A stretch of 64,000 nucleotides of DNA, taken from positions 27,294 through 91,293 of the forward strand of contig CAYXGG010000008.1 of the NCBI GenBank assembly GCA_964464475.1, written 5' to 3'. This document shows positions 9,012 through 18,368 of the stretch, piece after piece. This DNA comes from an uncultured Planctomycetales bacterium. Lineage in GTDB: Bacteria; Omnitrophota; Gorgyraeia; Zapsychrales; JAHFFX01. The translations under genes were made by a program, and so were the position numbers. A model generated the notes under the pieces. That model was given only the letters and a program-made list of their open reading frames with translations, searched no databases and had not been told where the DNA came from. The number at the start of each line of letters is the position of its first letter. Position 1 is the stretch's first letter.

Positions 9012-11135
9012 ATGACCCAGCCAGCCTTGAATCGCCTTTCGCAAGAAAAAAGTCCTTATCTTTTGCAGCACGCGGAGAACCCCGTTGATTGGTATCCTTG
9101 GGGACCGGAAGCTTTCGCCAAAGCTAAAAAAGAAAATAAACCGATACTGTTATCTATCGGTTATTCCACGTGTCATTGGTGCCATGTCATGGCGCATGAG
9201 TCGTTTGAGAATCCTGACATCGCGCGTTTGATGAATGAATATTTTGTTGCGATTAAAGTGGATCGCGAAGAACGACCGGACATTGATCAGGTTTATATGA
9301 CCGCGGTGACCGCTTTAAGCGGGCAAGGAGGCTGGCCGCTCACCGCTTTCTTAACACCCGACCAGAAGCCGTTTTACGGCGGAACCTATTTTCCTCCTGA
9401 ACCGAAATGGGGATCTCCGGGATTTCGTCAAGTTTTGGAATCTATTCATTCCGCCTGGGTCAATCAGCCCGAACAGGTTTCTAAATCCAGCGCGTCACTC
9501 CTTAAGTTTTTGCAAGAACAAGCCAAGCCAACTCCTGCCGCTGAACCGCTCGGGCGGGATGTCCTGACTGCCGCGTATTCAACCTTCGTCGCTAATTTTG
9601 ACGAACGTTATGGCGGATTCGGGTCGCACCCTAAGTTTCCTTCGGCGCATAATCTATCCTTTTTATTGCGTTTTAGTCAGGGATCAGCGAAATCTGAAGC
9701 GCAAGCTATGGCCGAACTAACGTTACAGGCTATGGCGAAAGGCGGTCTCTATGACCACTTAGGCGGCGGGTTTCATCGATATTCAACGGATGAAAGATGG
9801 CATGTTCCACATTTTGAGAAAATGTTATATGACCAAGCCACGCTGGTCATCGCGTATTTGGAAGCGTATCAGTTGACTGGCTTGCCAGCGTATGCTCGGG
9901 TGGCTCGAGAGGTGCTGGATTATGTCGCGCGGGATTTGCGATCGCCGGAAGGGGGCTTTTTTAGCGCGGAAGATGCGGATAGTTTGCCGGTAGAAAATGG
10001 ACACGAGAAGAAAGAGGGCGCTTTTTACATTTGGAGCGCCAAAGAGCTAGATGCTTTGCTGGGCAAAGACGCGATCGTTAATAAATATTATTTTGGCGTT
10101 GAACAAGAAGGGAACGCACTTTCAGATCCGCATGGAGAATTTATTGGTCAAAATATTCTTTTTGTCGCGCGAACCGTCGAGCAAACGGCACAATTTCTAA
10201 ATTTGGAGGTGGCGGAAGTTGAGGCGGCGCTGACTCGTTCGAAGCAACTTCTTTTCTTGCATCGCCAGCGACGTCCCCGGCCGCACCTGGATGATAAAGT
10301 ATTGACGGATTGGAATGGGTTGATGATTTCCGCGTTTGCGTTGGGCGGTCGGGTGCTGGACGAGTCTAAGTATACGGACATTGCTGAGGCGGCGGCGAAG
10401 TTTGTTTTGAGCAAATTGTTGAAGCCGGATGGGGAACTGTTGCATCGCTACCGCGATCAGGAAGCGGCGATTAGAGGCACATTGACGGATTATGCTTTTT
10501 TGACGCAGGGTTTGCTGGATTTGTATCCGGCCACCCTGAATGTGACCTACTTAACTCAGGCGATCGCCTTAACCCACCGTCAGGTGACTTTATTCTGGGA
10601 CGCTGCGGCGGGAGGTTTTTTTATGACAGCGCAGAACGCCGAGCCATTGATTATTCGGCAGAAAGAAGTGTACGACGGGGCTCTGCCATCGGGTAACTCG
10701 GTGGCCGCGCTTAATTTGTTACGGTTGTATGCGCTCACGCTGAATTCTTTTTGGCGTGATAAAGCTGATGCGACTCTTGAAGCTTTCGCGGCTCCTGTTC
10801 GGCAACATCCCGCTGGTTATGGTCAAATGTTGATGGCTTTGGATTATAAATTGGGACCATCTCGGGAAATTGTGCTTTCCGCGAAAGACATGAATCCGGA
10901 AGTAAGAACATGGTGGCATTTTTTAATGACGGGATTCTTTCCGCGTACGGAATTTCTTTTTTATGATCTTTCGGCTCAAGGATCCGCTTCGTTAGTTTCG
11001 CTAGCGCCTTTTGTTAAGGATCAACCTCCCTTAGAAGGGCGTCCCACGGTTTACGTCTGTGAAAACCACGTTTGTCAATTACCGGTTCAGGGTTTAGAGA
11101 AGTTACGTCAGGTATTGATGAGCCCTCAACCGTAA
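9012..11135 (+). CDS. DUF255 thioredoxin-domain protein (YyaL/SPATA20-like; thioredoxin domain plus N-acylglucosamine-2-epimerase-like alpha/alpha barrel)
   Basis: Signature …[22 protein letters not shown]…; first ATG at 9012 (MTQPALNRL). The ORF extends upstream to 8880 and encodes a signal-peptide-like stretch, so the true start is uncertain. Confidence 0.8.
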   Translation: MTQPALNRLSQEKSPYLLQHAENPVDWYPWGPEAFAKAKKENKPILLSIGYSTCHWCHVMAHESFENPDIARLMNEYFVAIKVDREERPDIDQVYMTAVTALSGQGGWPLTAFLTPDQKPFYGGTYFPPEPKWGSPGFRQVLESIHSAWVNQPEQVSKSSASLLKFLQEQAKPTPAAEPLGRDVLTAAYSTFVANFDERYGGFGSHPKFPSAHNLSFLLRFSQGSAKSEAQAMAELTLQAMAKGGLYDHLGGGFHRYSTDERWHVPHFEKMLYDQATLVIAYLEAYQLTGLPAYARVAREVLDYVARDLRSPEGGFFSAEDADSLPVENGHEKKEGAFYIWSAKELDALLGKDAIVNKYYFGVEQEGNALSDPHGEFIGQNILFVARTVEQTAQFLNLEVAEVEAALTRSKQLLFLHRQRRPRPHLDDKVLTDWNGLMISAFALGGRVLDESKYTDIAEAAAKFVLSKLLKPDGELLHRYRDQEAAIRGTLTDYAFLTQGLLDLYPATLNVTYLTQAIALTHRQVTLFWDAAAGGFFMTAQNAEPLIIRQKEVYDGALPSGNSVAALNLLRLYALTLNSFWRDKADATLEAFAAPVRQHPAGYGQMLMALDYKLGPSREIVLSAKDMNPEVRTWWHFLMTGFFPRTEFLFYDLSAQGSASLVSLAPFVKDQPPLEGRPTVYVCENHVCQLPVQGLEKLRQVLMSPQP

Positions 11136-11257
11136 AGAGAGCCAAAGCCTTCCCGAAAGTTAAATTTGTGCTTTTGGGGGATTTCAGTTATTATTGAACC
11201 GGAAATTTCAAATCAACTTTTTAAAGCTGACTCCATTGATAAGGAATCAAATAGGAT

Positions 11258-12106
11258 ATGGAAAAACTCCTCGGTGGTATTCTCATCGCTGTCATTGTTC
11301 TCGGTTTTGGCACGGCTTTCTTGAATGACCCTGAATTTGCTAAACAATTTTCATTGCGGAACATTTTGACGTCAATCGGAATTTTTCGGGCTGATTCGGA
11401 TCGTCAGGAACTAGTCAGTAGATCTCGAACCGATGTCACCCAGTTTATGGAGCGCTACAAAGATATCGTGGCCCAGCAGCAAACCATGATGGAAACCCTC
11501 AAGGATCGTAATGATCAAATATTAGAAGATTTACAAAGTCGCCTGGAGCAGAGCCGCCAGCAGCAAGCCCAGACTTCTGACGCGACACAAAACCTCGCCC
11601 GCCGCTGGGAAGATACCGTTGCTCACACTAAAGCCATGAATGATCAGTTGCTACAAAATATGAAAGACCAAATGGTTTCTAATATGTTGGCACGCGAGGG
11701 GCGGGTTGATCCGCAGGAATTAATGCAGCGACAGAATCAAGTCCTGGCGGATACTCAGCAACGGATGAGTCAGTTAATGGATAATATGCGCGATAAAATG
11801 GAACAGGTGGAAGAGACCCGCCAGTTGATCAAAAATTCGGAAGCCATGTGGCAACGTCAACGAGAAGTAATTCAGGAAATCAACAACCGCAACGAGCAGT
11901 TAATGCAGGACATTCAGTATAAAATGGCTGAGCAGCGTCAGCGCAATGAGGACGCTATGGCCGCAGTGCGTGAGAAACAAGAGCAGACCACTCAGCGAAA
12001 TCAGGACCAGATGGAGCGCCTTCAGCGGGACCGAGAGCGGTCCGAAGACATGCAGCGCCGGCTTCGTGACCAGATTGAGGCCCAGCGGGCACGCGCTGGC
12101 TATTAG
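11258..12106 (+). CDS. membrane-anchored Gln/Arg-rich coiled-coil protein
   Basis: N-terminal TM helix, then a long heptad-like Q/R/E/M-rich region; no catalytic motifs. Confidence 0.5.
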   Translation: MEKLLGGILIAVIVLGFGTAFLNDPEFAKQFSLRNILTSIGIFRADSDRQELVSRSRTDVTQFMERYKDIVAQQQTMMETLKDRNDQILEDLQSRLEQSRQQQAQTSDATQNLARRWEDTVAHTKAMNDQLLQNMKDQMVSNMLAREGRVDPQELMQRQNQVLADTQQRMSQLMDNMRDKMEQVEETRQLIKNSEAMWQRQREVIQEINNRNEQLMQDIQYKMAEQRQRNEDAMAAVREKQEQTTQRNQDQMERLQRDRERSEDMQRRLRDQIEAQRARAGY

Positions 12107-12233
12107 GTTTTACCCACCCCGACGATTATTCCTGCTTGCGGTCAACGTAGCTTGACCAAACAACCCTTGAATTCTCATTGAAAAAAGTTATCATAAACGC
12201 GTTAACTTTATAATTCCATAAAGGAGCGGTCTT

Positions 12234-14126
12234 ATGAAAGCGTTAAAGATCATTTTTCTGGTGGTGATAGTCATCATTGTTTTGGGAGGAGTAGGTGCAT
12301 GGCTTTTTGTTAAGAATTTTGATTTGAACAAGTATAAGCCGCAGATTGTAGAGCAGGCGAGCAAGGCCTTCGGACGTCCTGTCCAGATCGGCGATTTAAA
12401 GTTAAATCTATCCGCCGCGCAAGGTGTTGCTTTAGGGGTCAGTGGGTTTAGCGTTGAAGACTTACCTGCCTTTCAGCAAGGCAAATTGCTGCAAGTGGAA
12501 TCAGTACAGGTCGGCGTGGATGTACAGCATTGGCTACAGACCAAAGAGGTTCGCGTCACAAAAATTCTGATTCATAAACCGGTGTTGAATTTAGTAAAGA
12601 ATGAACAGGGGCAATTAAACCTCGAGTCGTTGGGGAAATCTGAAAAGGCACCTGCGGGGGATGTCAGTGGTGTTTCGGCTCCATCTACCACTAGTCCTAG
12701 CGCCGCATCAGTATCTCAGCCTATTCCTAAATTTGTGGTCAATCAGATTGCCATTACTGAGGGAAGCATTGCCATCTTAGATCGCAGTCCTGGGGGCGTC
12801 AGCTTGCAGGTCCAGCCGTATCAATTAACCGTCAACAATTTTACCCTGGGTCAGCCGTTTCAGGTGGATCTGAAGGCCGCGGTCCTGAGTGGTTCTCCCA
12901 ATATTCAGGTTACCGGGTGGGTCACACTTGACGAGGCTAAACAGGCCGCGACACTTAAAGACATTCATTTTTCAACTGATCTCGCGTTATTTAAACTATC
13001 GGAAGTCGAGAAGTTGTTATTGAGTTTCGGGACTGGAGCCTCACTCCCTAAAGAATGGGCCGGGCAACTCTCGGTTTCTATTCCTGGGGCGGTGGTGGGC
13101 GCTAAGGGGCTCGAAGGCTTTAGCGCAAACGGTACATTGACCAATGGTAAAGTGGCCTTAAAGGAGTTGGCTGTTCCGATTGAAAATGTGGCGGCGGAGT
13201 TTTCTGCGACGACCGAAACAGTTGATTTAAAAAATCTTACTCTCTCGATAGCAGGTGGCCAGGTCAAATCGCAAGCCATTGTTAGGGATTTTCTAACTGA
13301 TCCTAAATTTGATTTAGAGAAAAAGATTACGGATGTTTCCATCGGTGATCTGATTGATCAGTCCGCTCAGCCAGCTAAATTTTCCGGGAAATTATCTGGT
13401 CAGTTTAAAGGAACCGGTCAGGGGAAAACGCCAGATGCCTTGCAGACTTCTTTGGTCGGTAACGGCGCTTGGAGTGTGGCCGAAGGGAAATTGATGAATT
13501 TGAATGTGCTAAAAACCGTATTGAGTAAGATTTCGATGATTCCTGGTTTAGTGGAAAAAGTGGAGCAAAATTTACCGGAAAAATATAAGGAAGTTTTGAA
13601 TCGACAAGACACGTTGTTGTCTAAAATTGAAGTTGAGTCGAGCGTTCAGTCCGGTAGGATTAATCTTAGTAAAGCGCAGATTATGGGCGAAGGCTTCGCT
13701 TTGGCGGCTGAAGGGAGTGTTGGCTTTGACCAAACGGTGGCGTTAAATGCGGCGATGTTTATTCCCGAGGATTTAGCCGCCGCTATGATCGCGGCCGTTC
13801 CGGAGTTGGACTACGTTAAGGAAGAATCGGGGCGTATCCGTATCCCGGTTGAGATTAGTGGGAAAGCAAATGCTTTAGTGATTGCTCCGGATTTGGATTA
13901 TTTAGGTAAGCGATTGATTGTCAACAAGGGACGGGAAGAATTAAATAAGGTGCTGAATAAAGTTTTGGGTGGGGAGGAAGAATCCGCCCCCCAAGGATCA
14001 GTCCCTGGGGACGCACGCCCGGCGGGGGCTGAGGGTAATGCTCCCACGGATGCTTCTGCTCCAGCGGATGACCAGCCTCTGGAAAAGAAATTATTAAATA
14101 ACGTGTTAGATTCCATATTTAAATAA
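12234..14126 (+). CDS. AsmA-family outer-membrane assembly protein
   Basis: N-terminal TM anchor followed by a long beta-rich periplasmic region typical of AsmA/TamB-like proteins; SD AAAGGAG. Confidence 0.65.
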   Translation: MKALKIIFLVVIVIIVLGGVGAWLFVKNFDLNKYKPQIVEQASKAFGRPVQIGDLKLNLSAAQGVALGVSGFSVEDLPAFQQGKLLQVESVQVGVDVQHWLQTKEVRVTKILIHKPVLNLVKNEQGQLNLESLGKSEKAPAGDVSGVSAPSTTSPSAASVSQPIPKFVVNQIAITEGSIAILDRSPGGVSLQVQPYQLTVNNFTLGQPFQVDLKAAVLSGSPNIQVTGWVTLDEAKQAATLKDIHFSTDLALFKLSEVEKLLLSFGTGASLPKEWAGQLSVSIPGAVVGAKGLEGFSANGTLTNGKVALKELAVPIENVAAEFSATTETVDLKNLTLSIAGGQVKSQAIVRDFLTDPKFDLEKKITDVSIGDLIDQSAQPAKFSGKLSGQFKGTGQGKTPDALQTSLVGNGAWSVAEGKLMNLNVLKTVLSKISMIPGLVEKVEQNLPEKYKEVLNRQDTLLSKIEVESSVQSGRINLSKAQIMGEGFALAAEGSVGFDQTVALNAAMFIPEDLAAAMIAAVPELDYVKEESGRIRIPVEISGKANALVIAPDLDYLGKRLIVNKGREELNKVLNKVLGGEEESAPQGSVPGDARPAGAEGNAPTDASAPADDQPLEKKLLNNVLDSIFK

Positions 14127-14137
14127 ATGGCTGGGGT

Positions 14138-14638
14138 ATGGAAATAAGGTTTAAGGGTAAGTCATTTAAATTACTTCGTACAGAGCGATTGTTGCCTAAC
14201 GGTCAGCGAGTCCAGGTGGACATGATTGATCATCCCGGAGCGGTCGTGATTGTTCCTGTGCTGGCCAAAGATAAATTGGTATTATTGCGTCAGTATCGAG
14301 TGACGATGGGGCAATTTCTCTATGAACTGCCCGCCGGGACGTTAAAGCCGGGTGAGGCGCCCCAGCTTTGTGCCCGTCGAGAGTTAACGGAAGAAACTAA
14401 TTTTAGGGCGCGTGGAATAAAGAAATTGGGGTGCATTATCCCTGTCCCCGGGTATTCTAACGAAATCATCCATGTTTTCTTGGCTACCGGGTTGACTCCC
14501 GCCTTAGGACATCCGGATGCGGATGAAATTCTAGAGCCGTTGATCCTGAACCGTTCTCAGATTAGGAAATTATTCAAAACCAACCAGATTTGCGATGCTA
14601 AGTCCATTTGTGGTTTGGTGATGGGAGGATGGATATAA
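14138..14638 (+). CDS. NUDIX hydrolase (ADP-ribose pyrophosphatase-like)
   Basis: Nudix box …GTLKPGEAPQLCARRELTEETNF… (GX5EX7REUXEEXGU pattern). Confidence 0.8.
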   Translation: MEIRFKGKSFKLLRTERLLPNGQRVQVDMIDHPGAVVIVPVLAKDKLVLLRQYRVTMGQFLYELPAGTLKPGEAPQLCARRELTEETNFRARGIKKLGCIIPVPGYSNEIIHVFLATGLTPALGHPDADEILEPLILNRSQIRKLFKTNQICDAKSICGLVMGGWI

Positions 14639-14640
14639 AG

Positions 14641-15438
14641 ATGGCCGCGAAAACTGCTTATCCACGGACCCGCAATATTTATGATCCGCACAGTGCTAGT
14701 CCGTATCGCCTGAGCCGGTCTCGGTTGGAGAATTTTGTGAATTGCCCACGGTGTTTTTATTTAGACCGGAGGCTGGGCATAGAGCCGCCCTCTATTCCGG
14801 CCTATACGCTGAATTCGGCTGTCGATGAATTGCTGAAAAACGAGTTTGATATTTACCGAGTTCGGCAAGAAATTCATCCTCTCATGAAGCAGTATGGTTT
14901 AGATTTGGTCCCGCTTCGACATCCCATGATTAATGAATGGCGGGAGGTTTTTAGAGGCATTAGTTTTCATCATCAGCCGACGAATATTGTGCTTTTCGGT
15001 GCAGTCGATGATCTGTGGGTCAATCCTGGGGGAGAATTTTTTGTAGTGGATTATAAATCAACTTGCTCCGAAGGTCCGATTTCGTTAGATAGCGAATATC
15101 GACAAGCTTATAAGCGGCAGATGGAGATTTATCAATGGCTTTTTATCCAAAATGGCTTTTCCGTGTCGGCTACCGGATATTTTGTCTATTGCAACGCGAC
15201 GAAACGCCGTCCGGATTTTGGTGGCAAATTGATTTTTGACCAGGTTATTCTCCCGTATAAGGGGGACAGTCGGTGGGTGTCTGGGGTGCTGGAAAAAGCC
15301 TGGGAATGTTTGCAGTCACCAAAACTCCCTCCGCCAACTGCAGGATGTGAGGCCTGCGGGTATCTAAAGGCCGCTCACCTCGCTTCTGGTGATGAACCGG
15401 TTAAGCCCGAAATGCCATTACAACCAGAGCTTTTTTAA
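14641..15438 (+). CDS. PD-(D/E)XK nuclease, Cas4-like, with Cys cluster (possible Fe-S)
   Basis: Core motifs …GAVDDLWV…EFFVVDYKS… (D…D-x-K); Cys arrangement CPRC near the N-terminus and C-x13-C-x2-C at the C-terminus as in Cas4/AddB-type nucleases; start could be ATG 14629 or 14641; overlaps or abuts the NUDIX gene. Confidence 0.6.
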   Translation: MAAKTAYPRTRNIYDPHSASPYRLSRSRLENFVNCPRCFYLDRRLGIEPPSIPAYTLNSAVDELLKNEFDIYRVRQEIHPLMKQYGLDLVPLRHPMINEWREVFRGISFHHQPTNIVLFGAVDDLWVNPGGEFFVVDYKSTCSEGPISLDSEYRQAYKRQMEIYQWLFIQNGFSVSATGYFVYCNATKRRPDFGGKLIFDQVILPYKGDSRWVSGVLEKAWECLQSPKLPPPTAGCEACGYLKAAHLASGDEPVKPEMPLQPELF

Positions 15439-15573
15439 TTTCTTAAGAAAATTTGCTTGCGTTCCCCAATTTCGTTCGATATACTACACACCTCAAAGAT
15501 GTTGGAAACTTTAGATTGTGAACACTTTTTGTTTGAGTCATAATCATCTTTAATCAATTTTAAGGAGAAAACT

Positions 15574-16416
15574 ATGGGAATAATTTCCGATGCTTTAAGT
15601 AAGCAGTCTGACAGTCCGGAATCACAACCCAAAAGTTCAACGGGCGCGCAGTCTTTCAAAACTCCTCCGTCCACTACGGACAAAAAAAGCGTGGCTTCAA
15701 CTCAGGTAGCTAATGTCGCGGGGATTATTCTATTCGTCATGATGATTGGCTTGACTGTTTATGCTTTGCGGGAACAAAGAGACATTTATGAAAGTCTATC
15801 CCGTTCGAATAAGTTGATGCAGCAGTCAACAGCTGAGCAAGCTGGTTTGTACCAGAATTATGTTTCCCTTTATCAGAAGAAAGAGTCGGAATTAGATCGT
15901 ATTTCGCGAGAACTTGCGGTAGCGCAGCAGTCATTAAACCAAACTCAGTCACTGGTCGCGGATTTGCGGAATACCAACCAGTCTCTGGAATCGCAAATGG
16001 TCGCTTTGAAAGAAGCTGCCGCTGCTTCTGCGGCTAGCCTGAATGCCCAGGCGGGAGAGATTTCGGATAAAATTAAGACGAGCTTAGACGCTAATGAAGT
16101 TAAAGCCTTGCAAGACATCAAGGCGGCTTCGGACGGCCAAGCAATGATTGATAGTTTTAAAGAAAAAATTAAATTCGTGAAACAGAAAATTTCTGAAATT
16201 CGACGCCAAGAAAAATTGATTACCAAAGAGAACCAAAAGCAGTTGGATTTGGTCGCTTTGGAAAATGGCAATCAAGGCTTTTTGGCCAAAGATGGTCAAT
16301 GGAAAACTGCGGTAGATGGCTCAGCGATTGCCCAGGGGGTAACCCCGGTTTCGGCCGAAGTGCAAACGGCTACGGGTAACAAAGTGGATATTAACGTTCG
16401 CTTTATTGAAAAATAG
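15574..16416 (+). CDS. hypothetical membrane-anchored coiled-coil protein
   Basis: S/T/P-rich N-terminus, one TM helix, coiled-coil remainder; SD AAGGAG. Confidence 0.5.
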   Translation: MGIISDALSKQSDSPESQPKSSTGAQSFKTPPSTTDKKSVASTQVANVAGIILFVMMIGLTVYALREQRDIYESLSRSNKLMQQSTAEQAGLYQNYVSLYQKKESELDRISRELAVAQQSLNQTQSLVADLRNTNQSLESQMVALKEAAAASAASLNAQAGEISDKIKTSLDANEVKALQDIKAASDGQAMIDSFKEKIKFVKQKISEIRRQEKLITKENQKQLDLVALENGNQGFLAKDGQWKTAVDGSAIAQGVTPVSAEVQTATGNKVDINVRFIEK

Positions 16417-16425
16417 ACCACGCTG

Positions 16426-17202
16426 ATGGCTAGAGCGGGGACATTTAAAGTCCATGAGTTGGAAACAGCTCATGGACTTTTTGTTTTTGAATTACATTTG
16501 TCTAGGCGGCGACGGTCTTTGTGTATTCAGCTTAGTCGGCAACCGGAAGAAATGGGCGGACTTAAAATGCGGGTTTTGGCACCAGAAGTGATGCCTTGGG
16601 AAAAAGTTCAGGCCTTTGTTCTCCGTAAACAGCGTTGGATCAAGGATAAATCAGAGTTTCTTATGCGGCAGCCTGTTCCTATTCAGCGAGCCATTAAAGA
16701 AGGAGAGACTTTTTGGTGGCGTGGCCAGAAAATCCCGTTACGCATTTTGCCTTTAGATTCAGGTCGAGCCAAAATTTCGCAGCAGGAAAACGAATTTGTG
16801 TTAGAGGTTCCTTTAGATTGGACTGACCGAAAGATCGAAAGAACGGGGAAGAAGTTATTGCTAGAGTGGTATCGTAAAGAGGCCACCCAGTTCTTGCCGC
16901 GTCGCTTGCAGGCTTTAGCCCAAACTGTGAAGCTTTTCCCAGATCGCGTATCCGTACGTACTCAGAAAACCATGTGGGGATGCTGTCATACACGCAAAAA
17001 AGCCATTTTTCTTAATTGGCAGCTCATCTTGGCTCCGGACGCGGTGATAGATTATGTTATCTTGCATGAATTGTGTCATTTAAAGGTAGCGAATCATTCT
17101 CATCAATTTTGGCGCATGGTGGAATCGTTATACCCTGATTATCGGATTTTTCAGATTTGGTTGAAGAATCACCAGGCTGATTTACTAACATTTCTTTCCT
17201 AA
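16426..17202 (+). CDS. YgjP-like zinc metallohydrolase (DUF45/M48-like, HExxH)
   Basis: …MWGCCHTRKKAIFLNWQLILAPDAVIDYVILHELCHLKVANHSHQFW… matches the DUF45 signature. Confidence 0.8.
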   Translation: MARAGTFKVHELETAHGLFVFELHLSRRRRSLCIQLSRQPEEMGGLKMRVLAPEVMPWEKVQAFVLRKQRWIKDKSEFLMRQPVPIQRAIKEGETFWWRGQKIPLRILPLDSGRAKISQQENEFVLEVPLDWTDRKIERTGKKLLLEWYRKEATQFLPRRLQALAQTVKLFPDRVSVRTQKTMWGCCHTRKKAIFLNWQLILAPDAVIDYVILHELCHLKVANHSHQFWRMVESLYPDYRIFQIWLKNHQADLLTFLS

Positions 17203-17231
17203 GTAGAATGAGTGATTGATGCTTGTTGCGT

Positions 17232-17453
17232 ATGATTATTAACGTAAAAGTAATTCCAGGCGCCAAGAAAAATGAGGTTGTTTCGGATGGGGAAGGGTTA
17301 AAGGTGCGTTTGTCCGCTCGTCCGGTGGACGGTAAAGCGAATGCTGCGCTGGTGGCGCTCTTAGCCGAGCATTTTGGGGTCAAAAAACGACAGATTGAAA
17401 TTATAAAGGGTTTGCAATCACGTCGGAAAACAATTAATATAATGGACATTTAG
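17232..17453 (+). CDS. DUF167 (YggU-like) protein
   Basis: MIINVKVIPGAKKNEV…RPVDGKANAALVALLAEHFGV…. Confidence 0.7.
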   Translation: MIINVKVIPGAKKNEVVSDGEGLKVRLSARPVDGKANAALVALLAEHFGVKKRQIEIIKGLQSRRKTINIMDI

Positions 17454-17475
17454 ATGTACAAAATATTCTAAAAAT

Positions 17476-17883
17476 ATGGATAGTTTAAAACCTGAAGATC
17501 AAAAGCTGCTAATGAGCCTGTACCGGCGTGGTGTCATCATGCGTTGGGTGGCGATCGTTTTACTACTGGTGGCGCTTTTGATGGCCGCGGTGATTCTTAT
17601 CAATCCAACGATGATTTTACCGGCAATTCTGGGAGATTCGAATCAGAAGCGTGGCCTCGTGGAGAATTATTTGCACAACGTTCAAACGCATACGGATCTC
17701 GAAAGAGATCTGTTGGAATCTAATTTGTTATGCAGTCAATTTACCTGGGACTCGGTGGTGTTGTTTCACGTTCGGATTGTCAGTATTTTTGCTGCCTATT
17801 TATTGGGAGTGGGTGTCTTGAGTGTTTATTTTTCAAGTATTTTGATGAAAATTGGCGATATCGTAAGAAAAATTAAGCAATAA
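17476..17883 (+). CDS. hypothetical membrane protein
   Basis: Two to three TM segments; no known motif. Confidence 0.45.
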   Translation: MDSLKPEDQKLLMSLYRRGVIMRWVAIVLLLVALLMAAVILINPTMILPAILGDSNQKRGLVENYLHNVQTHTDLERDLLESNLLCSQFTWDSVVLFHVRIVSIFAAYLLGVGVLSVYFSSILMKIGDIVRKIKQ

Positions 17884-17899
17884 TCGAGTGGAGGTCGCG

Positions 17900-18349
17900 A
17901 TGCTGGATGAACAAATTATGGCCGATTACAAGCAAGCCATGAAGGACAAGGATGCGGTGAAATCATCAACGTTGAGCTTTTTGCGTTCGCAATTAAAATA
18001 CGCCTTGATTGAGAAACGCGTTGAGAAACTGGAAGATGCCGATATCGTAACGGTTATTAAAAAGCAGGTTAAGCAGCGGCAGGATTCCATTGAACAGTTT
18101 GAAAAAGGTGGCCGGGCGGATCTGGCGGAAAAAGAAAAAATTGAATTGGGAATTTTAAGAAGCTATCTGCCGGTTGAGATGTCTGTCGAGCAGATCCGTT
18201 CTATCATTGCTCAGGGAGTCGCCGAAGCAAAAGCTTCGTCAGTTAAAGATATGGGCAATGTGATGAAGGTGGTTCTTCCTAAATTGGCGGGTAAGGCCGA
18301 TAGCAAAACGGTCAGTGATCTGGTCAAAGAGAAGCTTTCTTCGCTGTAA
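17900..18349 (+). CDS. GatB/YqeY domain protein
   Basis: MLDEQIMADYKQAMKDKD…LSFLRSQLKY… typical of YqeY; GGAGG SD precedes ATG 17900. Confidence 0.8.
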   Translation: MLDEQIMADYKQAMKDKDAVKSSTLSFLRSQLKYALIEKRVEKLEDADIVTVIKKQVKQRQDSIEQFEKGGRADLAEKEKIELGILRSYLPVEMSVEQIRSIIAQGVAEAKASSVKDMGNVMKVVLPKLAGKADSKTVSDLVKEKLSSL

Positions 18350-18368
18350 TTAGCTTGCAATAATTTTC

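Noticed and set aside
12965-13342. Antisense ORFs of 60-140 aa inside confident genes (for example 12965-13342, 17057-17449, 23933-24352, 32653-33063, 46013-46426, 49130-49492)
   Set aside because: Each lies wholly within a well-supported longer CDS on the opposite strand and has no RBS or recognisable motif; they are most likely spurious.
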